From contig CAVVKJ010000017.1 in NCBI GenBank assembly GCA_963748815.1, positions 1 to 64,000 of the forward strand: a stretch of DNA of 64,000 nt, in the 5' to 3' direction. The notes beneath the pieces are model-generated. The model did no database searches, had not been told where the DNA came from, and was given only the letters and a program-made list of their open reading frames with translations. Position numbers and translations under genes: made by a program. Positions 32,489 to 46,596 of this stretch are shown here, one piece after another. Source of the stretch: an uncultured Gemmatimonadales bacterium (lineage in GTDB: Bacteria; Gemmatimonadota; Gemmatimonadetes; Gemmatimonadales; GWC2-71-9). Numbering within the stretch: position 1 is the first letter of the stretch; each line of letters opens with the position of its first letter.

Positions 32489-34010
32489 CGCAACGCCCCC
32501 TTCTTCCCGATCCTCAGCGTCGCCCACAGCTGCGCCACAAAGGTAGTGGCGGTGTTCCCTTCGATGTGGTCGGCGTTCCAGGTCTGGTTGACCCCGATGT
32601 TCCCCTGCAGGCGCAGGTGCCCCTGCTGCCCACGCACGCCCACCGCCACCCGCGCCGTCTTGGCCACCACGCCACTCAGGAATCCGTCCAGTCCGCTCAG
32701 GTCGGCGGGAAGGAGTCGGTGATCTGCGCCGCCCCCTGCCGGAAGCAACGTGAGCTCGGGCGTCACGACCCAATTCTCCCGGACCGGCCACGTCGCGGTC
32801 AAGGTCAGTTGATCGCCATCCACGAACTGCCGCCCGAGCCCGACTCCGATATTGATGTAGTCCTCCTCCGGCTAGAACGTCCGGAAGGCGTAGGTGCTCA
32901 CCTGCGTGTAGAGGGCCCGCCAGCTTCCGGTCGAGCCCAGCGGCCCCATGGCGCTCAAGGTGAAGGCCCAGCGGTTGGGGCGATCGGTCGAGCGCTGTCG
33001 CCTGGTCGAACCACCGGAAGTCGTCGATCGCCACCTGCCCTTCGAACGACACTCCGCTGTTCAGGAGGATCCGACCGTCGCCCCCGATCATCACGTTGGA
33101 CTCGTCACCCGACCGAGAAGGTGTTGCCCAGCAGGAAGATCGCCCACCGGCGTGATCCACTTGGCGTTCAGGTTCTCGTCCACCCCGGCGATGATGGCCG
33201 TCTGCCAGAGCGCCAGGTTGATCTTCGGCGTGACCTGGAAACCGAGTCGGTGGGCCACCTGGTAGCGGTGGATGACCTGCCCTGCCGTGTCGACCATGTC
33301 CTCGAGCTGCGCCACGACCCCCTGGAGCCGCAGGTCCCGGGTGCCGACATTGAACGCGCCGTGCGCAATGGGATAGCCCCAGCCGCTGGTCGGGATGCCC
33401 GGCACCCCCCGCGGCCCCCACTCCCGGGACATCGTCCCCAGGAAGAGCTCGGCCGGCTTCCACTGCGCCCCGATGTAGGCCACCGGATAGCGATAGATCA
33501 GCTTGGATGGGAGGGTGCACTGTCGATGTTCGCCGGCCAGTCGGGGTCGTCTTGAGCCGGTTTTCCCCATACAGGTCGGCGTGCGCCACCACCGGCCCGA
33601 ACACCCCCAGGAACTCCAGGCTGCCGAACGGCCAGACCCCACCATCCCCCGCCGGATGCACCGGGTCCCGCCGGCGTGGGTGTAGGCCTGCACACCGAGG
33701 GCAAAGTCGACCCGCCCCCAGTAGACGGTATCCGGCGGAGTCCAGAGCTTGAGGAGGCTCGCGACCTGCGCCGAGTCCGACGCCGTGGCCCTCGGCGAGA
33801 GCCCCGGAGCGCCGCCACCGCCTGCGCCTCGGTGAACGGCCGCACCAGCGGGGTCGGATCGGGAATCACCCCCCGGTCCACCAGCAGCTCGAACCGCGCC
33901 AGCCGCGGATCGTCGAGCTGGATGTAGGGGCTCCCCTGTGCCACCGCGGCGGCGGGCCGACTCAGAGGCCAGCCAGGCCCCCAGCAGCGCCTGGCCGACG
34001 AGCACGGAGC
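32477..34010 (-). CDS. Outer-membrane capsule assembly (Wzi-like) protein, fragmented
   Basis: Signal peptide, SPYIQLDDP, DPTPLVRPF, REWGP, HRYQVAHRL, GQVAIDD, GVGLGRQF; beta-strand pattern. Confidence 0.5.
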
Positions 34011-34024
34011 GGCATCGCCGCGGC

Positions 34025-34416
34025 TCACCTCGCGATCACGGGCCAACACCGATCATCAGGCGCCGACCACCGCCCCCGGCGACCCCCGACACGAAGTCGG
34101 TCCATTGGCGCCCCGCGATAGGGCAGCGCCCACTGCACCAGCTCGATGCCCCCCGGCGAGGCACGACCGCCACGACCAGAGTCCGGAGCGACGGCGGCCC
34201 TCGTCGAGCCGGTAGAGCAGCGCAAAGATCAGGAAGATGCCAGGAAATGCACCAGCGTGTCGTACGGCGCGCCGCGGCGTCGAACCGGTGGGGCACCGGC
34301 AACAGGAAGAGCAGCGCCATGGCCAGGAGGTAGAGCACGAAGAGGGATGCCAGACGCCGCGCGTACCTGCGGAGGGCCTGAGGATGCCGACGGAGCGAGG
34401 CGTGACTCTGTGCCAT
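34025..34416 (-). CDS. VanZ-like small membrane protein, fragmented
   Basis: TM helix, LVHF, IELVQWALPYR...DF...VAG fragments. Confidence 0.45.
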
Positions 34417-34608
34417 TCGGATCGGCGTTCAAGATGCTCCGAACCCGGGTGCGGCAGCCTTGGCGCTCCACGGCCATTCGCTCGCTCAGCGACATCGGCC
34501 GAGCCGTGGCTTCAGCCACGAGCTCGCGCGGCGGATCGAGGCTTCTGAACCGGATCAACCTGACCCCGGACTGCCGCACGGGGTGACGACCGAGGTGGTC
34601 GCATCTCC

Positions 34609-34637
34609 TTGACGCCCTCCCCGCGCGCCCCTAAGTT
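34609..34637 (+). promoter_or_regulatory. Sigma70-type promoter immediately before the ATG (leaderless-type)
   Basis: TTGACG-17 bp-TAAGTT, 5 nt before ATG 34643; no SD. Confidence 0.55.
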
Positions 34638-34642
34638 CCCCC

Positions 34643-37084
34643 ATGCCTAAGTCGCCGCGCCGGAACTGGTTGGCCCTCCTCGCCCTCCTGTTCCTCGCCT
34701 CACCCCTCGCCGCCCAGCAACCGACCCCGGAACAGGCCAAGGCGCTCATGGCCCAGCCGGGCGGGGCCGACTCCATCCGGGCGCTGATCAAGAACTCCGG
34801 CCTCTCGCCGGACCAGATCCGGATCCGGCTGCAGGCCGCGGGGTATGACCCGGCGTTGATCGACCCCTTCCTGACCGACGGCCGGGCTCCGACACGGTGT
34901 CCGTCACCGCCGAGCAGAACGCCGCCCTCAAGGCGCTGGGCATCAAGCCGGACTCAGCCTGCCGGCAGCCGGTCGACACCGGCCTCCGGTGGTCGATTCA
35001 CTGCCGCCGATCGGCGTGTTCGGCGTGGATGTCTTCCGCCGCTCCACGACGCAGTTCCTCCCGCTCCTCTCGGGGCCGGTGCCACCGGACTACCGGCTGG
35101 GCCCCGGCGACATGCTGGTCCTCATCCTGACCGGTGACGTCGAGCTGACCTACCAGCTCGGCATCACCCGCGAGGGCTTCGTGGTGATCCCGCAGGTGGG
35201 CCAGGTGTACCTCGCCAACCTGACCCTGGCCCAGGCCCGGAGCACCCTCTACGACCGGCTGGGGCGGGTGTATTCCGGCGTGCAGCGCGGGCGCGAACGC
35301 CACGACCCAGTTCGACCTCTCGGTGGCCAACGTCCGCGCCGCCCAGGTGTACGTGGTGGGCGAGGTGACCCAGCCCGGTGCCTACCAGATCAGCGCCCTC
35401 GGGACCGTGCTGACCGCCCTCTACACCGCCGGCGGGGTGACGGAGCGCGCCAACCCGCGGGCGGTGGAGGTCCGCCGCGGCGGCAAGACCGTCGCCACCT
35501 TCGACCTCTACGATTACCTCCTCAAGGGCGACACCGGCGAGGATATCCGGATCGAGAACGGCGACGTGGTGTTCGTCGGGGTCCGCGCCCGTCGGGTGAC
35601 CGTCACCGGCAACGTGCAGCGCCCGCCACTGTACGACCTGGCGCCGACCGAGACGCTGGCCCAGCTGATCGCCGCCGCCGGCGGGCTCGACGCGGAGGCC
35701 GCCCGGACCCGGATCTCGATCGACCGGATCGTGCCGCCCGCCGAGCGACGCGCCGGGCGGCGCCGCACCGCGTCACCCTCGACGTGCCCCTCCCCGCCGG
35801 GTCCGCGGAGATTCCGCCGGTCCCGATGGCCGACGGCGACAGCGTGACGGTGTTCGGCGTGCCGCCGGCCCAGCGGAACTACGTGTCCATCGAAGGCAAC
35901 GTCTACCACCCCGGCCGTTTCGGGCTGGAGGAGGGCCTGACGCTTTCGCGGCTGGTGTCGCTGGCGGGCGGGTTCCAGCCGGCCACCTACTCCGGCCGGG
36001 CCCTCATTTCCCGGCTCAACGAGGTGGACCAGACCCGGCGGCTCATTCCCGTTGCCGCTTCCGAACGACAGCCTCGCGCCCTGGACCGACGACCCGCGGC
36101 TCCAGGACCGCGACTCGGTCATGATCTTCGGCCTGTCCGAGACCCGACCGGTGCGGACCACCGTGATCGTCGGCGCGGTCAACGAGCCGGGGCGGAAACC
36201 GTGGGAGGCGGGGATGACGCTCCGCGACCTGATCCTGCAGTCCGGCGGACTGGCGCCCGGCGCCTCTCTCGCATTCGCGGAGATCGCGCGCCTGCCCGAG
36301 CGACCGCAGCGAAGGACAGCTCGCCACCACCTCCGGGTGCCGCTCGACTCGACCTACCTCTTCGACCGGGACAGCGCGGGGCAGTACATCGGACCACCCG
36401 GTCGGGCGTTCCCCGCCTCCGGCGCGCCGGAGGTGCCCGCTGGAGCCGTGGGACAACGTCCTGATCTTCCGGCAGCCCGATTTCGAGTTCCAGCAGACGG
36501 TCAGCATCGGTGGCGAGGTGGAGTACCCCGGCACCTACGCGCTCGAGAATCGCTCCGAACGGCTCTCCGACCTGGTCCGTCGGGCCGGCGGGCTCACCGC
36601 CCTGGCCTACCCGGACGGGGTCTGGTTCGTGCGGGATACCGGCGGTGTCGGGCGACTCAACGTGAACCTCCCGGTGGCGATGGCGAAGCCGGGGTCGAAG
36701 GAGGACCTGCTCCTCCGCGGCGGCGACCAGATCTGGGTCACGCAGTACCAGCCGAGCGTCCGGATCGAGGGCGCGGTGCTCTCGCCTGGGAGCGTGCTCT
36801 GGGAAAAGGGGAAGAACCTCAACTACTACATCGACGCCGCGGGGGGAGCGACTCCGGAGGGCAATCCGGGCCGCGCCGCGGTCCGGCAATCGAACGGGCA
36901 GACGCTGGCCAAGCGGGGAGGCTTCCTCGTCATCGGCGGCACGAATCCCAAGCCGAACCCCGGCGCCACGGTGTACGTGCCGCTCAAGGAAGTGAAGCCG
37001 CCAAGGGACAACACCGGGACCTGGCTGGCGATCGCATCCATCATCGCCAGTACGGCCACGATCGTCATTGCGCTCCAACCATAG
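34643..37084 (+). CDS. Polysaccharide export protein with multiple SLBB domains (Wza/KpsD-like), frameshifted
   Basis: Signal peptide; VFGVDVF, PPDYRLGPGD, VYVVGEVTQPGAY, DLYDYLLKGD; repeated V.I.G.V..PG units. Confidence 0.88.
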
Positions 37085-37141
37085 CGATGCGCGGTGGCCA
37101 TCACCTCCTGAATCAGACATATTTGACCATTCTCTCTCCAG

Positions 37142-40324
<3,183 letters not shown>

Positions 40325-40537
40325 CTACTTGGCCACCTCGCCTTTGCAGGTGCTGATGCCGAACAGGGTGTAGAGCGGGCAGGTGCCGGACAGCCCGGTT
40401 ACGATGGGGATGATACCGATGTAGCCCCACGGGGTCTTCGGTCCGATGAAGGCGAGCGACAGGAGGCCGATGCCGGCGAGCACGCGGATGACCCGCTCAA
40501 CGGTGTGTTCGTTCTGGGGAAAGAGCTTGCTGGCCAT
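40325..40537 (-). CDS. DUF2892 (YgaP-like) membrane protein
   Basis: NEHTVERVIR..G...TG.SG.CPLY.LFGISTC. Confidence 0.88.
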   Translation of the reverse strand: MASKLFPQNEHTVERVIRVLAGIGLLSLAFIGPKTPWGYIGIIPIVTGLSGTCPLYTLFGISTCKGEVAK

Positions 40538-40675
40538 GGAAGTGCTCCGACGTTAAGGAAATCCTCAGACTTTCGCCGCGCTCGACTGCATACCAAGATA
40601 CACGCTGACTCGCACGCCGGTTCCCTCCCTTCCCACGCACCCGCCGGCGCGCCCCCTTCCGCCTCGGGCCGCGAC

Positions 40676-42052
40676 ATGCCGTTCCACACCATCATCGAGC
40701 CGTTCCGGATCCACTCCACCCAGCGGATCCGCCACACCACGCCCGCGGAGCGGGAAACGGCACTTGAGCGCGCCGGTTACAATCTCTTCGGGCTCCGCGG
40801 CGAAGAGGTGCTGATCGACCTCCTGACCGATTCCGGCACCGGCGCCATGTCCTCCCGGCAGTGGGCCGCGATGATGGACGGCGACGAGTCCTACGCCGGG
40901 AGCAGTTCATTCGAGCGATTCCGCGACACGGTCCAGAGCCTGACGGGACTCTCCGAGATCATCCCCACCCACCAGGGCCGCGCCGCCGAGCACATTCTCT
41001 TCTCCGTCATGGCCCGGAAGGGCCAGGTCATCCCCAACAACACCCACTTCGACACCACCCGCGCCAACGTGGAGTTTGTCGGCGCCGAGGCGCGGGACCT
41101 GGTCATTCCCGAGGGGCGGGTGCCGTCGTCCGAACATCCCTTCAAGGGAAACATGGACCTGGAGGCGCTCGAGGCGACGATCCGGAAGGAAGGGGTCGAG
41201 CGGATTCCCCTGGTGATGGTCACGGTCACCAACAACAGCGGGGGTGGGCAGCCCGTCTCGCTCGAGAACCTCCGCGGCGTGCGGACGATCTGTGACAAGT
41301 ACAACCTCCCCTTCTTCCTCGACGCCTGCCGGTTCGCCGAGAACGCCTGGTTCATCAAGCTGCGGGAGCCGGGGCAGGCCGACCGGACCCCGCGCGAGAT
41401 CGTTCGGGAGATGTTTTCGCTGGTGGACGGCTGCACCATGTCGGCCAAGAAGGACGGGATGGCCAACATCGGCGGCTTCCTCGCGCTGAACGACGCCGAG
41501 ATTGCCCGGAAGGCGCGCAACCTGCTCATCCTGACGGAGGGGTTCCCGACCTACGGCGGGCTGGCCGGCTACGACATGGACGCGATCGCGGTGGGGCTGG
41601 AGGAGGTGCTCGACGAGGATTACCTCCGCTACCGCATCCGCTCCACCGCCTACCTGGCGGAGAAGGCGGAGGCGGCCGGTGTCCCGACCGTGCGACCTCC
41701 CGGCGGCCACGCGGTGTACCTCGACGCCAAGGCGCTGCTGACGCACATCCCGGCGTCGCAATATCCGGCGCAGGCGCTGGCGGTGGAGCTCTATCGGGTG
41801 GGTGGGGTGCGGGGAGTGGAGATCGGGTCAGTGATGTTCGGCGTTCGGCATCCGGACGGGACCGAGACGCCATCGGCAATGGAACTGGTGCGGCTCGCCA
41901 TTCCGCGCCGCACCTATACCCAGAGCCACGTGGACTACGTCGGCGAAGTGATTCGCGAGGTGGCGGGCCAGCGCGAGAAGATCCGTGGACTCCGGATCGT
42001 GGAGCAGGCGCCGTGGCTGCGGCACTTCACGGCGAGGTTCGCGGCGGCGTAG
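40676..42052 (+). CDS. tnaA: Tryptophanase
   Basis: EPFRI, IDLLTDSGT, GDESY, PTHQGR, MSAKKD (PLP Lys); RGVEIGS and LRHFTARF are TnaA-type rather than tyrosine phenol-lyase-type (RSMERG/LRFF). Confidence 0.88.
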   Translation: MPFHTIIEPFRIHSTQRIRHTTPAERETALERAGYNLFGLRGEEVLIDLLTDSGTGAMSSRQWAAMMDGDESYAGSSSFERFRDTVQSLTGLSEIIPTHQGRAAEHILFSVMARKGQVIPNNTHFDTTRANVEFVGAEARDLVIPEGRVPSSEHPFKGNMDLEALEATIRKEGVERIPLVMVTVTNNSGGGQPVSLENLRGVRTICDKYNLPFFLDACRFAENAWFIKLREPGQADRTPREIVREMFSLVDGCTMSAKKDGMANIGGFLALNDAEIARKARNLLILTEGFPTYGGLAGYDMDAIAVGLEEVLDEDYLRYRIRSTAYLAEKAEAAGVPTVRPPGGHAVYLDAKALLTHIPASQYPAQALAVELYRVGGVRGVEIGSVMFGVRHPDGTETPSAMELVRLAIPRRTYTQSHVDYVGEVIREVAGQREKIRGLRIVEQAPWLRHFTARFAAA

Positions 42053-42078
42053 GGGCGCGACGCATCGCGTCCCTACGC
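42047..42078. repeat. GTAG-type REP-like palindrome / bidirectional hairpin
   Basis: GCGTAGGGGCGCGA-cgca-TCGCGTCCCTACGC. Confidence 0.55.
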
Positions 42079-42975
42079 GTCCGCCCTGTGCCGCAGCTGC
42101 CGCCGCACGATGGCCAGCGCATCCTTCCGTTCCTTGTCCGACAGCACCATCCGCGGCGCCCGCACCGCCTCACTCCCCATCCCTACCTCCGCCTGCACCA
42201 GCTTGATCAATTGCACGAACTTGGGCACCGTGTCGAACCGGAGAAGCGGCAGGAACCAGGCGTAGAGCTTGAGCGCCTCCTCGATCCGGCCTGACCTGGC
42301 CAGGTCCACCAGCGTCACCGACTCCACCGGCAGCGCGTTGACCAGCCCCGCCACCCATCCGTCCGCACCGACCGCGATCGCCTCGACGATCATGTCATCC
42401 AGGCCGGCGAAGAGCGCCAGTCGAGACCCCAGGAGCGCCTTGACGGCGGTAATCCGCCGCACATCGCCGCTCGACTCCTTGACCGCATGCACATTCGAAT
42501 GCTTGTCGGCCAGCGTCTTCACGTCCTCGGCCGAGAGGTCGGTGCCGTAGGCGATCGGATTGTTGTAGAGCATGCAGGAGAGCTTCGTGGCCGAAAGCAC
42601 GGCCGAAAAGTGCGCCTCGATTTCGGGCCAGTCGCCGAGGTAGACGTACGGCGGCAGCACCATGAGACCGTCACAGCCCACCCGCTCCGCCTCCTTCGCC
42701 AGCGCCACGCACTCGGCCGTCGAGAGCCCGCTGATGGAAGCCACGAGCGGCACCCGGCCCTTGGTGACGGTGCCGCAGACCTCGAGAATCCGGACCTTTT
42801 CTGCGGTAGTGAGCGTGGCGCCCTCGCCGAGCGAGCCCAGGGCCACGACGCCCTTGCACCCCGCGTCCAGCAGCCACGCGACGTGCTTCACGAGGAACGC
42901 CTCGTCGACCGCCCCATCGGCGGTGAACGGCGTCGTGATGGCGGGAAAGACGCCGGTCCAGTCGGCCTTCTGCAT
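42073..42975 (-). CDS. lhpC: DapA-family enzyme, probable 1-pyrroline-4-hydroxy-2-carboxylate deaminase
   Basis: GVFPAITTPF, GSLGE, LPPYVY, YNNPIAY, VKESSGDVRR, PKFVQLIK; operon context. Confidence 0.8.
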   Translation of the reverse strand: MQKADWTGVFPAITTPFTADGAVDEAFLVKHVAWLLDAGCKGVVALGSLGEGATLTTAEKVRILEVCGTVTKGRVPLVASISGLSTAECVALAKEAERVGCDGLMVLPPYVYLGDWPEIEAHFSAVLSATKLSCMLYNNPIAYGTDLSAEDVKTLADKHSNVHAVKESSGDVRRITAVKALLGSRLALFAGLDDMIVEAIAVGADGWVAGLVNALPVESVTLVDLARSGRIEEALKLYAWFLPLLRFDTVPKFVQLIKLVQAEVGMGSEAVRAPRMVLSDKERKDALAIVRRQLRHRADA

Positions 42976-44274
42976 CAGGGCGCTCCTTGCGATTCATCCA
43001 GGGGTGAAGAGAGATCGGCGAGCACGCCGACGGCGGTCGGGACAACCGGCATCCGCACCGTGTCCCGTCCCATTTCGAATAGATGCTCCAGCGCGGGGCC
43101 GCAGACCCGCCCCTGGCAGCTGCCCATGCCGGCACGGGTGACCAGCTTGGTCTGTCGGGCACTCCACTCGGCATCAATTGCCGACAGCGGCACATCCTCG
43201 CAGCGGCAGACGATGGTACCGGGTTCCGGCCGTGCGCGCAATTCCGGCCGCAGCCGAAAGGCGACTGGCCACCCGCTCGGCGAAGCACCGGTGCGCGTCA
43301 CGCTCCGCCTTCAACTTCCCCGCTTCCCCGCTTCCCCGCCCCGCGGCCGCGAGCCCTGCGAGCGCCCCCTCCACCAGCGCCGCTTCCATCCCGGTGTTGC
43401 CGGTCGGCTCGCCTGCGGCGTAGACCGATGGAACGGTGGTCTGCTGGGCATCGTCCACGACGACCGAGCCGCCCCGCAGCTCGCACCCGAGCAGCCGGGC
43501 GAGCTCCGTCGACGGAACGAGTCCCGCTGCCGTGCACAGGATATCCACCGGTTCGGCCCAGGTGCTCCGCCCATTCGTGTACGTCACGTGGAGCTCGCCG
43601 TTCACGTTGACGACGCGCCGGACCCAGGTACCCCAGCGATACCGGACGCTCAGGAACGCCATGCGGTAGGTGGCCGCCTGCATCAGGCGCCTGGGCGTTC
43701 GCCGGAGGGACCACGCAAACTCCCTGACCGCCTCCGGTGGCGCCTGTTCCGCCACCATCCGCAAGTCGGCGCCCGCCTTGGCGAGCGCCGCCGCCACCGG
43801 CAGCAGCAGCGGCCCGGTGCCCGCCACGGCCACCCGCTTTCCGCGCACATCCCAGCCGGCCTTGAGCAGGGCCTGCGCCCCGCCGACGCCAATCACTCCC
43901 GTGTGCGTCCATCCCGGGAATGGGAGGAACAGCTCTTGTGCACCCGTCGCGAGGACAACCTTTTCAGCCAGCACTGTGAGCGGGCGCCCCTCGCGCACGA
44001 CTCCGAGTCGACCGTCCGGGGTCGCGTCCACGACCTGCGCACCGGTGAGCACCGTCGCGCCGGAGCGGTCGAGCCGGTCGAGCCACATCCGTGCGATGGG
44101 AGGCAGCTCGCGCCGCTCCCGGTGTCGCCAAATCTGCCCCCCGGGCCGAGGCGAGGCGTCGACAAGCACCACCGAGCGCCCGACCCCGGCGGCCTCGACG
44201 GCCGCGGCGATGCCGGCCGGGCCGCCGCCCACGATCGCGACATCCGCGCGAAGGATCGCGGCGCGCTCAGTCAT
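42975..44274 (-). CDS. FAD oxidoreductase with BFD-like 2Fe-2S (D-hydroxyproline dehydrogenase alpha subunit; HcnB/OoxA family), frameshift near 43280
   Basis: IVGGGPAG, GGQIWR, LATGAQELFLPFPGWT, AAGE; CRCEDV...TRAGMGSCQGRVC. Confidence 0.85.
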
Positions 44275-44516
44275 CGACCACCACCTGCATCCCATCCCGC
44301 ACCGACTCGAGGCAGGCGCGTCGTCCGGCCGCCCCGTCGATGGTGACGCGACATTCGAAGCAGACTCCCATGCCGCAGATGGGCCCTCGCGCCTCGCCGC
44401 CCGAAGACCTGCGAAAAGTCGAATATCCGGCGTTGAGCAGCGCCGCCGCGAGGCTGACCCCGGCGGGCACCTCGCGCGTAGGCACCGTTGACCGAGATCC
44501 GAACCTTGCCGGCCAC
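44267..44516 (-). CDS. 2Fe-2S subunit (gamma; HcnA-like), frameshifted
   Basis: ISVNG, SLAAAL, RGPICGMGVCFECRVTIDG..RRAC. Confidence 0.85.
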
Positions 44517-44517
44517 G

Positions 44518-45637
44518 TTAGTGCGTCTCCGCCATCGCGCGGTCGGGCGCAAACGGGGTCGGGTCAATGCGCGGGAGTGTCACCGCCGATGAGCGCCGCC
44601 AGCATCGACCCGGTGCCGAGGGCGGTCGTGATGCCCAGGCCCTCGTGCCCCGCGGCAATCCAGAGCCCGTCGACCGCCGGCCACGCGCCGATGAGCGGGA
44701 GTTTGTCCGGCGTGGCAGGACGAAAGCCGGTCCAGGTGCGCACCACCGGAACCGCAGCGAGTCCGGGCATGAATGCGACCGCCCGGTGGAGCATCCGGGC
44801 CAGCACCTCGCGGTTGATCGTGGCGTCCCAGCCGACCAGTTCGCGGGACGATCCGATCAGCAGCTGCCCCGTCGCCCGCGGCTGCACGTTGAACGCGACC
44901 GAGGCCGCGTTCATGGTGTGCGCGCTCTGGAGATACCCGAGTTCGATCACCTGGTGGTGGCAGGCGCCGGGAACGCGCTCCGTGATGGCCAGGTGGCCCT
45001 TCCGCGGCACGATGGGCAGTCCGGCGGTGAGCCGCGGGGCGGCGGCCCCCGCCGCGTTGACGATGACGTCCGCCTCGAAGCGACCCGCCGAGGTCATCAC
45101 CGCCCGCGCATGGACGGCCTGCACCTCCACCCCCTCGGAGATGACCGCGCCGCTCGCGACCGCCTCGTCCGCCAGCCAGCGCGCCACGGCCGGGGGATAC
45201 ACCACCCCGTCTCCCGGCACGCGCAGCCCGCCGGCCAGCCCCGCCCGCAGCATCGGCTCCGCGGCCGTGAGTTCGCTCGACCCGAGCAGTTCCGCCGGGA
45301 CGCCCCGTGCGCGGTAGAACGACAGCTTGGCCCGCGCCGATGCGAGCTGCACTTCGTCCTCCGCGACCCAGAGGGTGCCGCGTCGCTCGAACTCGACGGA
45401 CGGGGGAAGCTGTGGCAGGAGATCATCGAGGAGTCGCTGCGACCAGCCGGTGAGCGCGAACTGCGCTTCGCTGTCGTCCATGACAACGATGTGGCCCATG
45501 CCGGCGGCGGTCGCGCCGGCGCCGGCGAATGCCGCGTCGAGCACCGTCACGCGCATTCCTCTGCGACTCAGGTAGTAAGCGCATGCCGCGCCGACGATGC
45601 CGGCGCCGACCACGATCGCGTCCGGCCGAGTGGTCAT
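44518..45637 (-). CDS. lhpB: FAD-dependent D-amino acid oxidase-family subunit (D-hydroxyproline dehydrogenase beta), 3' frameshift
   Basis: VVGAGIVG, ATAAGMGH, PRKGHL, FNVQPRATGQLLIGSSR, GFRPATPD, GHEGLGIT. Confidence 0.82.
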
Positions 45638-46596
45638 CCGGCGGAGGTCAATCCGGCTCGGAAGGGGTCGGTGGGGTCGAAACGAAGGGTGGATTCGCCG
45701 GTGATGAATGCGGTGCCGCGGACGTAGGGAATGAGCTGTCCCCCCTGCTCCTCCAGCCATCCGGTGAAGAGACTGCCGGTAATGCTCTCCTGGCGCCACG
45801 GCGCCCCGAGGGCCAGCGCCCCGCGGGCGTGCCGCGCCGCCATGACCGCCGATGTGCCCGTCCCGCAGGGAGAGCGGTCGTAGGCGCCGCCGGGACAGAG
45901 GACGAAGTTCCTGGCGTCGGCGTCGGGCCGCCTCGGCGCTGCAGAGAGTTCGACGTGATCGATTTCCGCGCCGGCCTGCCCCGTCACCCCCTGCGCGCGG
46001 AGGGCCGCCATGATGCCGCGCGTCATCCGGGTGAGTTCGTCCACCCCTTCCAGGACCAGCGGCGTCCGGTCCCAGTGCGTGAGGAAAAACCAGTTGCCGC
46101 CGTACGCCACGTCTCCGACGATACGCCCGAGTCCCGGCACCTCCACGGCCACGTCCCGCGCATGAGAGTACGAGGGGACGTTCCTGATGGTGACCGCCCC
46201 ATCCGTGCCGAGCTCCGCCGTCACCGACCCGACCGGCGTGTCGAGATGCACCTGTCCCGCGGTGATCCGCCCGAGGTGCTCCAGGGTGCGGACCACGCCG
46301 ATGGTTCCATGGCCGCACATGCCGAGGTAGCCGACATTGTTGAAGAAGATGACGCCGGCGGCCGAGCCCTGCGAGACGGGCGGCGTGAGCAGGGCGCCGA
46401 CCATCGCGTCGTGCCCCCGCGGTTCGCAGATCACGGCACTGCGCAGGTGGTCCCAGCGGGCGGCGAGGTCGTCGCGGCGGGCGGCCATCGTGGAACCGGC
46501 GGGCTGCCGCCAGCCGTCCACCACCACCCGGGTCGGTTCGCCTTCGGTGTGCGAATCCACGACCTGGATCATCGCAGGAAACGCCGGGGGGTTCAT
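45634..46596 (-). CDS. lhpA: Proline racemase family, 4-hydroxyproline 2-epimerase
   Basis: DSHTEGEPTR, EPRG, MCGHG and DRSPCGTGT (Cys/Cys catalytic pair). Confidence 0.88.
   Translation of the reverse strand: MNPPAFPAMIQVVDSHTEGEPTRVVVDGWRQPAGSTMAARRDDLAARWDHLRSAVICEPRGHDAMVGALLTPPVSQGSAAGVIFFNNVGYLGMCGHGTIGVVRTLEHLGRITAGQVHLDTPVGSVTAELGTDGAVTIRNVPSYSHARDVAVEVPGLGRIVGDVAYGGNWFFLTHWDRTPLVLEGVDELTRMTRGIMAALRAQGVTGQAGAEIDHVELSAAPRRPDADARNFVLCPGGAYDRSPCGTGTSAVMAARHARGALALGAPWRQESITGSLFTGWLEEQGGQLIPYVRGTAFITGESTLRFDPTDPFRAGLTSAG

Noticed and set aside
34410..34580. Small minus-strand ORF (MRQSGVRLIRF...) between the VanZ-like and export genes
   Set aside because: No recognisable motif, and it lies in an indel-rich region, so it cannot be supported.
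40676..42052. Tyrosine phenol-lyase; tnaC leader peptide
   Set aside because: Signature residues are tryptophanase-type; no Trp-containing TnaC-like leader was seen upstream.
42975..45637. Hydrogen cyanide synthase (hcnABC) or opine oxidase
   Set aside because: Homologous subunits, but the flanking Hyp epimerase, deaminase and aldehyde dehydrogenase point to D-hydroxyproline dehydrogenase.
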